A stretch of 21,031 nt of DNA. Source: Lama guanicoe (taxonomy: Eukaryota). The stretch spans positions 11,646,873 to 11,667,903 of the forward strand of contig MU053881.1 of the NCBI GenBank assembly GCA_013239625.1. The letters run 5' to 3'. A program made the position numbers and the translations under genes. Below the pieces are notes generated by a model. The model was not told the DNA's origin and ran no database searches. It was given only the letters and a program-made list of their open reading frames with translations. Of this stretch, positions 1 through 10,800 are shown in pieces (positions within the stretch are counted from its first letter, which is position 1; each line of letters starts with the position of its first letter).

Positions 1-1429
1 GCTATCTATGTGTTATACTGTCTCCCTAATGGCAATATTGGGGTATAATATTGTGGTCAGTTTTGGTCAAATTCTTTTTTATAAACAGAATTTTTTTTCT
101 TGTTTGTTTTTCAGGAATCTTAATTTACACAGAAGGTAGTAGTGAGGAATTGAGCACTGAGGGATCAATAAGAGATCAGGTAACCCACAGGGTAATATAT
201 ACTCAATGCTCTCTTTAGAGTTTGGTTATTTTCACTCTTCTATGTCTTATTTTCATGAGACCATCTCTTCCAAGGGACATTAAGATTTGATTCATGTAAT
301 CAGGTCGTGATGAGCTTACTTGCTTTAATGTAAGGTTTTTAGTGCAAAGTGAGTTAAAATCATAGAAGTTCACACTTCTGCTTGAATTTATGAATGGTTT
401 AGCCTTTAATTCAACCAAGATTATTTTACAGGAGACAATGGTAATTTTAGACTATCCTGACTATCTATATAATTGAGTAAAAGCAAGTATATTACAATTC
501 TTCCAAACTTGTCCCTTTCTTGTGAAAATAGCTACATAACATGCAGTCTAGTTTCATGGAGGGTTCATTTAAGGAATTAGGGGAGATAAATTGGTTTAGA
601 AAAGTAAGTGGAATCCTAATTACATGTGTGCTTATTATTTGATAGGTTAAGGCATGAGACAGATGGAGAGAGAGTTTTTCAAGTTGCAAATTGGCTATTG
701 CTTTAGTGATTTGTGAAAGGACATTTGGAAATCAATGTTTTATCACGTGAACATGAGAAAGGACACCAATAGAAAAAGTAATTCTTTACAAAATACCTTC
801 TGCATACAGTGACAGTGATGATCATCAGTAAAGCATAATCTACTTTTAACTCAATAAAATACTAGACTAGTAGGTCTTAAAAAATATATCATTTTCTTCA
901 TTATATGTTAAATATTGACCATTGGGTAACAACTCCTAAGTACATTTGCAAAGTATCCTTCTCCAATAATTGTGAAGTTTTAATATGAGGTCAGGTAAGG
1001 AGGATGAGGTAAAGGAGAAAAGAAAAGAGTGCGATCTAATTACATAAAAATTAAATTATCAGTTGTCACACTCTAATATGGTAGAATGATCAATAGAATG
1101 TCATGAATGATTAAACACATGAACAAAAATGCTTTTGTGAGCATCTCTCAATGGCCACATCAACCAAGGACAGTTATAACAATGAATATTTCACCTATGC
1201 TTAATACCAGAATATTATTAGTAGTTAGATTTTTTAATATAAAATTTAGTATGTGGAATGTGTTACAAAATGCAACTTCATCTTACATAGTGACGATATT
1301 TTTCCTGACAGAATGATACGTGATTAAGGGAAGTTTGTAACTTGGCCTTATCTCCTAACTATGATTCAATTAATATGTCAACCCAAGAATGACCGTTATC
1401 TTTATATTTACTTGATAATGATAATTTGT

Positions 1430-1660
1430 TATAACATATAATAGAAATTAAGCAAATGTTCATGAGATACTAGGGACTACTTTAAAGTCTGTGCACTACT
1501 TTAATTCTCAGAATATTTTTACAACATTTCTAATGTAGTTAGTGTAACCGTAATTTTACAAACGAGAAATATGAGGCTTAGAGAATTTAACTGTTTCAGA
1601 GTAACCCAGGTCATAACACCTCTGAGTCATAATGTTAACCCAGATCTGCTCCTCCTGCAA
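1430..1660 (-). mobile_element. MIR SINE (degraded)
   Basis: 'attttacaaacgagaaatatgaggcttagagaatttaact...cccaggtcataac' resembles the reverse-strand MIR core (attttacagatgaggaaactgaggc...ccaaggtcaca). Boundaries approximate. Confidence 0.7.
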
Positions 1661-1754
1661 TCACAAATTAAAAATCAACCACTAAGTTTATACTGTCATC
1701 CATAGGAAGGATCATTAAATGCCGTATCGCTGTAAAAATTCCATCAGCTGGATT

Positions 1755-1957
1755 ACAGAATCTTGGAGAACCACTTACTAGCTAAGCCACTCATTTATTC
1801 TCTCTAAGCTTCATGTTATTTGTCTGTAATATGGGGTTAATATTAGGGCTGAGATAAGAATTCAATAATAAAATGCATTGAAGTAGTTTAATAGTTTAAT
1901 TTCTATTATGCACGGCCTTGAGTAAGTGTGCATTAAAAGATAGCTTTCATTATTATT
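1755..1957 (+). mobile_element. MIR SINE (degraded)
   Basis: 'ccacttactagct...tctctctaagcttcatg...gtctgtaatatggggttaatatt...gagtaagtgtgcattaaaagatagctttcattattatt' follows the order of the MIR core and 3' tail. Confidence 0.7.
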
Positions 1958-2190
1958 CTTAGATTCTTGTATCTGCATTTATAAAATTGGGTATTTTAGA
2001 CTTGTGTAGCATATCAGAGCTTTCAAAGTGTTTTCATACATAATGTATCTGTACAAATGTTTTCTAACTTTTTGTTTTTATGTAATTATGATAGGCTTAA
2101 CACAGGTAATTTTAAGGTTTAGGAATGACACAGAAATTTCAGGTGCTGCAACACAGCTTTGCTGTTGGAAAAAAAAATTTGCAGAATACT

Positions 2191-2193
<3 letters not shown>

Positions 2194-2230
<37 letters not shown>

Positions 2231-2256
2231 CCCTTTTTTTTTTTTTTTTTTTTTTT
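2194..2256. repeat. Two poly(T) tracts (T32 at 2194-2225, T23 at 2234-2256) separated by AAAACCCC
   Basis: Read directly from the sequence. Confidence 0.95.
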
Positions 2257-2559
2257 GGTTTTTGCTAAACCAGCTAGGTTTGAGATTCAGTTCTAAGTGT
2301 TTTTGCTGGTTAGTTTTAGTTTCTGCATTAACTCACTTGAAGTGCTTGACTTTCTCTTATGTCTGTGGAATCAGCAACCTCTCTGTTTTTGCTCTTCTAA
2401 CAACTGAATAGATTTCTAACCTGACGTCATAGGCACTTCCACTCTCCTCACACTCCCCAACAAGATTTCTCCCAATCAGAATAAGCACATAACCTCACTC
2501 ACTTTGGCTACTCTCTTACTTAACCTCATTTGAGAATATATCTCTATTTTATCAAAAAC

Positions 2560-2676
2560 AAAAAATATCACCTGATTGTTTCTTTGAGTTAGAATAGTAT
2601 TCTATGAGTATTCCTTCAGTGTCTAGAATATTGCTTTGCCCATGGTTGGTTCTCAATAAAGTTTTGTCAAAATTGT
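2560..2676 (+). mobile_element. L2 LINE 3' end fragment
   Basis: 'cagtgtctagaatattgctttgcccatggttggttctcaataaagttttgtcaaa' resembles the L2 terminus (cagtgcctagaacagtgcctggcacatagtaggtgctcaataaatatttgttgaa). Confidence 0.65.
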
Positions 2677-2799
2677 TCAACAGAATCTGCGTATCTGCAA
2701 GTGTGGGAACTACCTTTATACAAAATGATATCCATGTTCATCAAGTGACATGCAATTTTGTTTTATTTTAAACTGCTTTTTTTGCCATAAGGCTTTGAA

Positions 2800-3210
2800 T
2801 AATTTTAGGATAGTTTTGGAAAATACAGAGAAATGCAACAAATATAACACACGTCCATAAAACCATCTCTATTTTCCTCCTTTCCTTCATTCCTGGAAAT
2901 CTATTACTCCAGTATATCCTTCCAATTTGAGTTGTTGTTTATTTCTGAAATTTATATATTTGTATTCAATACACAATACTGGATTGCAGATTTTATTATT
3001 TATGTAGAGAGTATTATACTGTGATTATTAGTTTTATTTGTTCACTTTTTGATGAGAACAAAATGAACAGGAATCAACAATGCTGAATAATGGTCTCTTA
3101 CACATGTCTCCTTGATCTTGTAGGTAAGAATATCTTTAAGATATATACCTTCAAGTGGGATTGCTGGATTGTATATGTATTTTCAGCTCTTTTGATATTA
3201 CATACTCCTT
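2800..3210 (-). mobile_element. Ancient L1 (L1M/L1ME-type) 3' region fragment
   Basis: 'aacaatgctgaataatggtctcttacacatgtctcc...gatatataccttcaagtgggattgctggatt' resembles the reverse-strand L1 ORF2-end/3'UTR motif (ggatatatacctagaagtggaattgctgg). Confidence 0.65.
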
Positions 3211-3249
3211 TTGCTCACACCCCATAATCAAAGTGAGACTATCCTAACT

Positions 3250-3520
3250 GTTGTTGCTTAAAGATGTCCAGAATGTGACCTCTTTTTAGTATCTCCACTG
3301 CTGTTACTTTGGTCCAGTCTTCATCTCTTGATAAATTACTGCAATGACCTCTCAGGATCTACCCTTTCCTCTAAGTCCATCCTCCACACAGCAGAGTCTG
3401 AGATGTTCTGAAATTTAATTCAGACGCTATCACTTTTTTGCTCAGAACCCTCAAAGAACCCCCATTTCATTCAAAGTAAAAGGCAAAGACTTTATAATGA
3501 CTTACAAGTTGCAACCACAC
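3250..3520 (+). mobile_element. L2 LINE (L2a-like) fragment
   Basis: 'tctccactgctgttactttggtccag...ttactgcaatgacctc...tccacacagcagagt...gctcagaaccctcaaag...aaagtaaaaggcaaagactttataatgacttacaag' follows the L2a consensus. Confidence 0.8.
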
Positions 3521-4499
3521 CACGGATTTGTTTTGTTTCTCTCTTTTCTGTTTTTCCCTTGCCCTGCTTAGGTAGAAGGAGACTTTCCCTGCACCTCCAT
3601 TGCCATTCCTGGGAATGGAGCTCAGGATTACTTCCTCTCACACTGAAGGTACAGTATTTTGTGGTCTAATATGTCTTTAACATAGGTTTGGTTTCCCACT
3701 GGACCCCCCAGCATGGGAAGCAGGCAGGCACAGACTTTGACTTCCCTTCCCCTGCTCAGCAGGGCAACTAAGCCCAAATTATTTAGACAAACAGATGCCT
3801 CAGAGAAAAGGCAGTTAAACGCTCCTGTGATCTGTTTACTCTTCTGGATTCCCACTCTCCTGTAAGATTATAGTCTGTTTTTCCTATCAATCCTGTCATG
3901 GCTTGACCTCTTATTAAAGTGTTATTTGTTTTTGTTTTTGTTTCTTAAATCCAGGAGTATTTGGTACTGACTAACAAATAAACATCTTCTTTACAGTTAA
4001 ATGAATATAATACACTCAGAATATTTTAAAATAGTCATTAACTTTTCGTTTCTCTAGAAAATTAAGGGCTTTCTTTAGCCTCCTTTCAAGAGACAGAGTG
4101 AATTTACTTTGAACACGATCAATTGTTCAATGAGAATGTCCTGCTTGTTAAATTATTATCCTCTTTATTGTGATTTTAGTGGTTTCCAGTCCTTCCAAAG
4201 CTACTCAGAACTGCAAGGGCTATGGAGCTTCCACGTTATTTTTACATAGTGTACATAAATGGAAACCACAAAATTCTTCCGCTATTTGGAATATTTCATA
4301 GAACACTCATGGCACCTGCTTGAATTTCTGATAGCCTTGGAAATATAATTAATTTAAGACAGATCAGCAAAATGAAGAAATGTATGGTAGCAATACAAAG
4401 CAAGCAATACAACAAATGGTGAAAAATGAATTATCTACTTTTTAGATTTTTTAAATCTAATTTTAAAGATACAAAAGCAAAAAAGTAAAAACTTCCATA

Positions 4500-4638
4500 G
4501 AAACAGAAATGTAGGTCGCTTTCTCTCTCTTGCCTTCCGATCCGGCCCGCACTTTGTCTATGGAGTGTGTATCTACTGTTACTTTAACTACCCCTACCCC
4601 GTATATCTCTCTAAATAAGTCTACTTTCATTTTTTTTT
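4500..4638 (+). mobile_element. Short LTR R-region-like insertion with target-site duplication (putative processed, 5'-truncated ERV copy)
   Basis: Flanked by direct repeats GTAAAAACTTCCATA (4485-4499) and GTAAAAACGTCCATA (4642-4656). The body is pyrimidine-rich, retains CpGs (ctctctcttgccttccgatccggcccgcactttg) and has AAATAAG near its 3' end, like an LTR R/polyA region. Confidence 0.55.
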
Positions 4639-4656
4639 AATGTAAAAACGTCCATA

Positions 4657-4850
4657 ATTCTCTCACTACAAAAAGAAATTACACAAAATAAGAAATGTTT
4701 CATTCCTTGCCTTTCCAATCCTATTAGCTAAAGAAAACACTTGCTAGTTTAGTACATGTGTCTGGATTCATTTATGTCTGTTTACATATACGTTTTACAA
4801 ATCTGAGAACATGCTGCATACCTATCCTGTATATTACTTTTTTAATCTTG
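4657..4850 (-). mobile_element. Ancient L1ME-type 3'UTR fragment (probable host of the 4500-4638 insert)
   Basis: 'aaaacacttgctagtttagtacatgtgtctggattc...tacatatacgttttacaaatctgagaacatgctgcatacc...tactttttta' resembles degraded reverse-strand L1ME 3'UTR. Confidence 0.45.
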
Positions 4851-5312
4851 AGTGGTTATAATGATAAACAAAACTAAATAGTTTTTTTAATTGTGAATAG
4901 TAATATAGCAATATGTTTTATTGTACAATTAGAATAAGGTGTATGTGGGCCTAAAGAAAAATTAACACTCACTGATACAATCACAGTTTAGTAGCTGCTT
5001 TATAACTTCTTTAAGATAATGCTATTTCTTTCCCTCAGAAATATTTATTATGAAAAATATGAGTGTCACCTATACTTTTCAAATTTAATAATATAGGGGC
5101 TATATTTATACTTTTGTAGTTTTCTATCATAAACAATTTAGCAATATACATTCATTTAGCTAAAGACTTACATAAACCTTAAGGAAAGGTTCTAAGAAAT
5201 AACATTACTGTGTGTGAAGTGATCACTATAATGCTTGACTACAATGTATTCATTAATCATGATGAAATTATTTCCACTCCCTTATGTCAGGGAATAATTA
5301 GAAGTGAAAATT

Positions 5313-5573
5313 CAGAACTATCCAAGGTGGGAGCCATAAGCCACGTATGATTTTTCGGGCATTTGAAATGGAGCTAGTTTAAATTGAGAAGTATTGTAAG
5401 AATAAAATACTCTTTGGACTACAAAGACTTAGTGTGAAAAAAAGGAATAGAAAATATCTCATGAATATTATTAAAATTAATTTCCCCTGTTTGTTTTTAT
5501 TTCAGTAATATGGCTACTAGAAAAATGGAAAGTCCATTTGTGGCCCACATTATATTACTATTAAACAGTACTA
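5313..5573 (-). mobile_element. MER33 non-autonomous hAT-Charlie DNA transposon, with an internal deletion
   Basis: Collinear with the reverse complement of MER33: 'gcatttgaaatggagctagtttaaattgagaag...aagacttagtgtgaaaaaaaggaatagaaaatatctcat' then 'attattaaaattaatttcccctgtttg...atggctactagaaaa...tgtggcccacattatattactatt'. The middle AT-rich segment of the consensus appears to be missing at ~5465. Confidence 0.85.
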
Positions 5574-5808
5574 GCCTACAATTTTGGTTCTGGTTTATTT
5601 TCTCTCTTTGTATCAATAATACTTCTCACTTTTGAGAAATAAAAACACAAAGTGAACAAAGAAGGAGGTGGCTCACTGAACGAAATGACTGACCTAGATG
5701 TAGCTAAGAACTTTCCAAGCGCCCACAGAGTCCATTGTAAACCCCAGAATCAGGAAAGTAGAAGTCTGCACAGCTGATGAAACAAATTTTCACATTCCTT
5801 CATTCTCT

Positions 5809-5831
5809 TCCCTATGTGATCCCTATGTGAT
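5809..5831. repeat. Perfect 11-bp tandem duplication (TCCCTATGTGA)x2
   Basis: tccctatgtga tccctatgtga t, read directly. Confidence 0.9.
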
Positions 5832-5927
5832 GCTAAGTAACTGGGCCAATGCAACAGATAAACAGCCTGTGCAATTGAGAATTTTGCACTTCACTTTTAT
5901 GCGAAAACGATGAATGAGAAAATATCA

Positions 5928-6239
5928 GTTTGTGTCCTCACCACATTCATATGTTGAAATCCTAACCCCCAAAGATGATGTTATTAAGAAGTGGAGCCTT
6001 ACTAATCAACGTTCTTATAAAAGAGACCCATAGAGCTCCTTTGCCCCTTCCATCAAGTGAGGACACAGCAAAAAGGTGCAGGCTGTGAACAAGAAAGAGG
6101 GTACTCACCAGGACGTGATCATGCTGGTGCCTTGATCTTGGACTCTCCAGCCTCCAGAAATGTGCAAAATAAATTTCTATTGTTGATAAGCTACCCAGTC
6201 TCTGGTATTTGGTTATAGCAGCCTGAACAGATTAAGCCA
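5928..6239 (+). mobile_element. MLT1A/MLT1A0-type ERVL-MaLR solo LTR
   Basis: Matches the MLT1A consensus: 'tttgtgtcc...attcatatgttgaaatcctaaccccc', 'cttataaaagagaccc', 'gccttgatcttggactctccagcctccagaa...aaataaatttctattgttgataagctacccagtctctggtatttggttatagcagcc'. Confidence 0.9.
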
Positions 6240-6639
6240 AGCAGCACCCATCAGAAACAAAGACTGCTTCCAGGTCATGTAGATTGAACCCAGTTTTCTA
6301 ACTACGTGTATTCAAAGGTGTTCATAATGGTGGTACTAGAATTCTTTCTGAATCAAATAAAGATTTAAAATAAGTATGATTCAGTTTTCATTACAACATA
6401 CCTTACTATTTTCTAAATATTAAAAATTAACAGTCTAAGGAGTTGATATAAAAAATCTCTTCAGAAACAGAATATTCAGTTGGAAGTTGAAGTGGAAGTT
6501 CCAACTGAACCAGTTGGAAACCTGGTTTCCGAACATGCTAAATAATAAGTATGCCCATATTACTCAGAATATTTTAAAATTTAGCTTTGGGTTAGAAACT
6601 GTGACTTAAAGAAAACTAACAGAACTGACAATTAAGGTA

Positions 6640-6750
6640 TTTGAATTGTTAGCTCTTACTGGTTAGATGACATTTTACAAGTTGACTACCTCTCTGGAGC
6701 TCTGTTTCTCAGCTGCAAAAGTTGAGTTTGTACTAGGACAGCTAAAATGC
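6640..6750 (+). mobile_element. MIR-family SINE fragment
   Basis: 'gacattttacaagttgactacctctctggagctctgtttctcagctgcaaaag...tgtactagga' resembles the MIR core. Confidence 0.5.
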
Positions 6751-7129
6751 TGTAGTTGTATTTTAAAGCGTTCTCTAATACACATTCTTAAAGAAACACT
6801 TAAAGAATTCCTAAAGAAATCCAACTAAGTATATAAATTGTACACAGCAAGGAAGGCATAGGTAAGAGTCAGGTCTCCTCAATGAGAGATGCTCCCAGGG
6901 AATTCAGGGATGATGAAAGATTCCGTTTTGAGAGCTTTTTGGACTGAGTTTATCTGAGTGGCAGCATCAGCTATCTTGGTATCAAACGGAAATTGAGCTC
7001 TGAATGAAACTATGTCATTCATAGTTTCCATTTGCCATTCCTAATACTAACATGTCTTTGAATGCAGTTTAACATTTTAAAATATGTCAAATCCATTTTA
7101 AGTTTTGTCATTATAAACATCAAGAAACC

Positions 7130-7625
7130 CATGTACTCCTCATCTGCCCACCCCACTCTCATTTTCCTATTGGTCATTCTAGGTGTTCATGCCCATCCTA
7201 TAGACCTGCTGAAAGGATAACTTTCAGGCAGCAATGTTTGGCACATGGTCCTTCATATTCACTCAGGCTGACTGGACCCAGCATAGATGTAACTAAAAGG
7301 CAAGCAAATAACAGATTGACCAGTGACATATGTTGTGGCATCATTCAGAAATAAGAATTGAACCTATCAATTTTTTTCTCTTGGAACTGTTATCTAAAAT
7401 TGATAAGAGAATGAAATGGGAAATGCACCTGGGAAACCTGGAAGTAGAAATGAGCTCTCAGATTGGAATGAGATTATAAAAGATTTGTTAAAAGAGTGAA
7501 TAGATCAGATGAAAAGAGAGAGGAAGATTTCATGACAGAAACATTAAGCTGTGGTCAATTTTACATTTAGTTATATTTTTTTCTTCTATTATATTTAAAA
7601 CCAAAAATATCGTAACTAAATTATA
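7130..7625 (+). mobile_element. LTR33-like ERVL LTR (ancient)
   Basis: 'ggctgactggacccag...ggcaagcaaataacagattgaccagtgacatatgttgtggc...cctatcaatttttttctcttggaac' resembles LTR33. The end 'aaaccaaaaatatcgtaactaaa' resembles an ERVL LTR terminus. Confidence 0.5.
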
Positions 7626-7679
7626 CATCATCAATTACACTGTTCATTAATAACTGCATCACTGCAGAATAAACAAATA

Positions 7680-7815
7680 CATGGGGTTTGACCCTGCCTC
7701 TTACCATGTGTGAGTTTGTCTGCATTTCTATCAAATGGAGACAATAAAAATCTGCCCTGGGATTCCACTGAGAACCAAATAAAGTAATGTCAATGAAGTA
7801 TCTTTTGACTGTCGG
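7680..7815 (+). mobile_element. MIR SINE fragment
   Basis: 'accctgcctcttaccatgtgtga...tatcaaatggagacaataaaaatctgccctgggattccactgagaaccaaataaagtaatgt' follows the MIR order, with deletions. Confidence 0.55.
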
Positions 7816-10800
7816 TTAAGAGATTTTTAGAATGTACTAATATTCAATTCACAATCAACAATTTTGTTTAATACCTTGTTTTCCACTGGAACGCATTTGC
7901 CATTGCCATTCTACAGAATATGTGAAATAATCTACAGAGAAAGATCATGCTATATTTTTAAAGATCATGAGTTTTTAAAGAAATCAGGTATTGCCTAAAA
8001 TGTTTTATTTTTCCCTTTATTATGACATAGCAATCCTCTAATGCAAATGAATTTCACCTACAACAAAATAAATGACATTACACTACGCAGAATAACAAAA
8101 CCTTTCTATGTCATCCTCTCATCAGTTAACTTTTAGTTATATTTAATTAATTTCTGAGCAAAAAAATCAGCATATGCTAGTCACATAATATAACCAGAAA
8201 TATAGCTTATACCAGACAAAAAGTTATTTATCAGGTTTTAGTAGTTCTATTGGTCAAAATATACACATTAATAAATTATTTAAATTAAGCTTTTATTGGT
8301 GTCCAAAAATAGCTTTTGACTAAAGGAGTGATGTGGTTGAGTCACGCTTACTAAAGTAATTATGAACAACCTTGAAACACCTACAAGAAATGCCACCCAA
8401 GGAATAAGGTGTAGTATAAAGACAAACTATGACATTATAATTATAATGAAGGCATTATAGTGTCGAGCAGGTAGGGCCTTAAGGATGATGCTTTAGTGAA
8501 TACTCTGGAGACCAAGCCAGTTTATATGTGGCTGTTGATGCTAATATTCTTGATGTTCATAAATTTAGGAAAGAAATGATGCCTCCCCTATATGAAACAC
8601 CATGGATTTTGTTTTAGTTGGAACAAGAAAATGCTGGGAAAGAGAGATTGGGAATTGGTGCAGAAGGTCAACAAGCAATGAGATTATTAGATCCTCATCT
8701 TCTCCCACTTTATCATTGGTCTGGGATGATTCATAGACATCTTCTTGAGATAGTCATTGTCGTAAGGAAAAGTGAATCTGAACTAAGCATAAAGTTTGAT
8801 CAGTAAAACAATGTTGTAATTAGAATCACATTTAGACTTGTGTGTTATTTCTAAGATGCCAAATTACCCAGAGAGATGGGAGGAAAAAGGGAAGCGAGTT
8901 CATCCTTAAATAAAGTAGGAGACAAACTTTCAGTAAATTACACTTAATAAGAAAGCAGAGTAATATGAGAATAATATAGTAGAATATCCTTAAAAGAAAA
9001 ATCATCCAATTCCAAAGAGGTTTATTTATATGGGGAACATCCTCAAACTTCCTAATGATGCATGTGCATTTTGCTTATACTATGACCATGAAAGCAACAA
9101 AATAAAACAAATGCATTCCTTTTCCCATATCATTGTACACTTAATAAGCAATGATCTGTCAGAGTCACTTTAAAAATCTAGTTGAACAGACTGGCTCCCT
9201 GTCTTCCAAATGCTTTCAAATAGAGAGAGATAATCACTGACATGCTTAAGCTCCACTGTACCCATCTTTGAAATCAATGTCACCAGGGGACATTCCATGA
9301 GGGAGGGAGAAGTATACTTCTCTGACATGACCACAACATGCGTCATTCATAAGAGAGCTCAAAGAATTTACTCAGTACAATTAATGTTTGACTTTACATT
9401 TAAAATAGTTTTTTTATTACAAAACGAAAGATCACCACAAATTAAATAACCAAATCCCTGTAAGGCATAAATGAAGACAGAAATAACCCCAGGAGAAAAA
9501 GTAAAGGTAACAACAGCATTTGTGATTTAATGTACTTCTTTTGCCTATACATCCTTGTTCTCCAACCTTATTAATTTAACCATGGCTCTGGCATGGAGTC
9601 CAACTGAAAGCATAATCTTTGAACAGTTCTCTGCAGCTGTGTGAGAGCTCTAGGCTGATGGCGACATGTGATGACACTACGTGTTGGAACTCATAAACCA
9701 ATTAAGATTAGTACAAGTTTCTCCCTCCATATCTTTAAGAGTGCATTCTTTCTCATTTTAAAAGAATATTCATCTGAATTATTTAGCATCCTGAATGTAA
9801 AAAAAAAAATCTGTGCTTCTAAGAGTAGAGATGTGTAAGATTGTGTTGTTAAAATAGTATTTCTATTCCCCAGTTACATGGCAATTTTAGGGAGAGAGGA
9901 ATTACTAGTTTTCTTTTTCTTTTGGAAAGTCCTTGAAAGAGACTTATGGAAATTAAGGCAAGAACTCAATATTAGACTTGAAGCTTGCATGAAAACTCTT
10001 AAACTCTTTGGTCACTTAAAATAAGAAAGACTCTAAAAGTTAGCAAGGATTCTTGTCCAGATGATTTAACTTCTTGAATAAATGTGCTGTTTGTAAGAAA
10101 CTTTCTAACTCTTAGGCTGGAGTGTTAATGTACTAGTTTTTTTTCCCTACAGTATATTTGCAGTTGTTGACTTCACATGCATTATGAAGAATCGTGAATG
10201 CTTTATACAATATATTTTTTACTCTGGGAAAATTCATATTACTTTATCGCACATTTGATTTCTCAAATGAATTACTGTGGCCCTTTGGAAAAAAATGTGA
10301 AAATACATCTTTGGAGTTCACTATATTAGTCATGTCTTTGGGTGTTCTTTATTTTTATTTTAACAATAACAAAATTACTTAATGTCATTTCAAGTTCATC
10401 CTATTCCATATACACATGTGTACAGAGCTGGGGTAATTCACTTATGTAGTTCAACATCTCCTTTGTTGCAGATGGTAAATGTGCAGATTTCTCCCTCAAG
10501 GAAAGAAACACTTTCATAAAATAATTGTATATTCTGCTCATTTTTTCTCTTCAATGATGCTTTTGTATTGTTATTACACCCTGTCAGATTAGTAATTAGC
10601 ATGCAGCCTCCACATGACATAAATGCATTTCCCCTGCTTTCGTAAAAGCCCCTTTAGCGACTCAAAGCATATAATAACTCTAAATGGAAAAAGGGAGAGG
10701 AAATAAATAATATAACAAGAATAAATGCAAGAGCAAGTGCAGCATTAGGTTGGTGCATTTCTTTTGATCAAGGAAGGGGCTGCGTTGCAACTGCTCCCTA

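Noticed and set aside
1430..1957. Inverted MIR pair as a dsRNA/ADAR substrate
   Set aside because: The copies are too diverged to pair extensively, and such pairs are common.
2028..2411. Longest ORF (127 aa, poly-Phe, hydrophobic)
   Set aside because: It is open mainly because it runs through the poly(T) tracts.
3570..3870. GC-richer segment downstream of the L2 fragment, possibly an old LTR
   Set aside because: I could not match it to any consensus or find termini or a TSD.
6787..6822. Three imperfect ~12-bp units (CTTAAAGAAACA / CTTAAAGAATTC / CTAAAGAAATCC)
   Set aside because: Short AT-rich slippage repeat with no evidence of function.
8433..8448. Perfect 16-bp palindrome CATTATAATTATAATG
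   Set aside because: Low-complexity AT-rich sequence, explained by TTATAA duplication.
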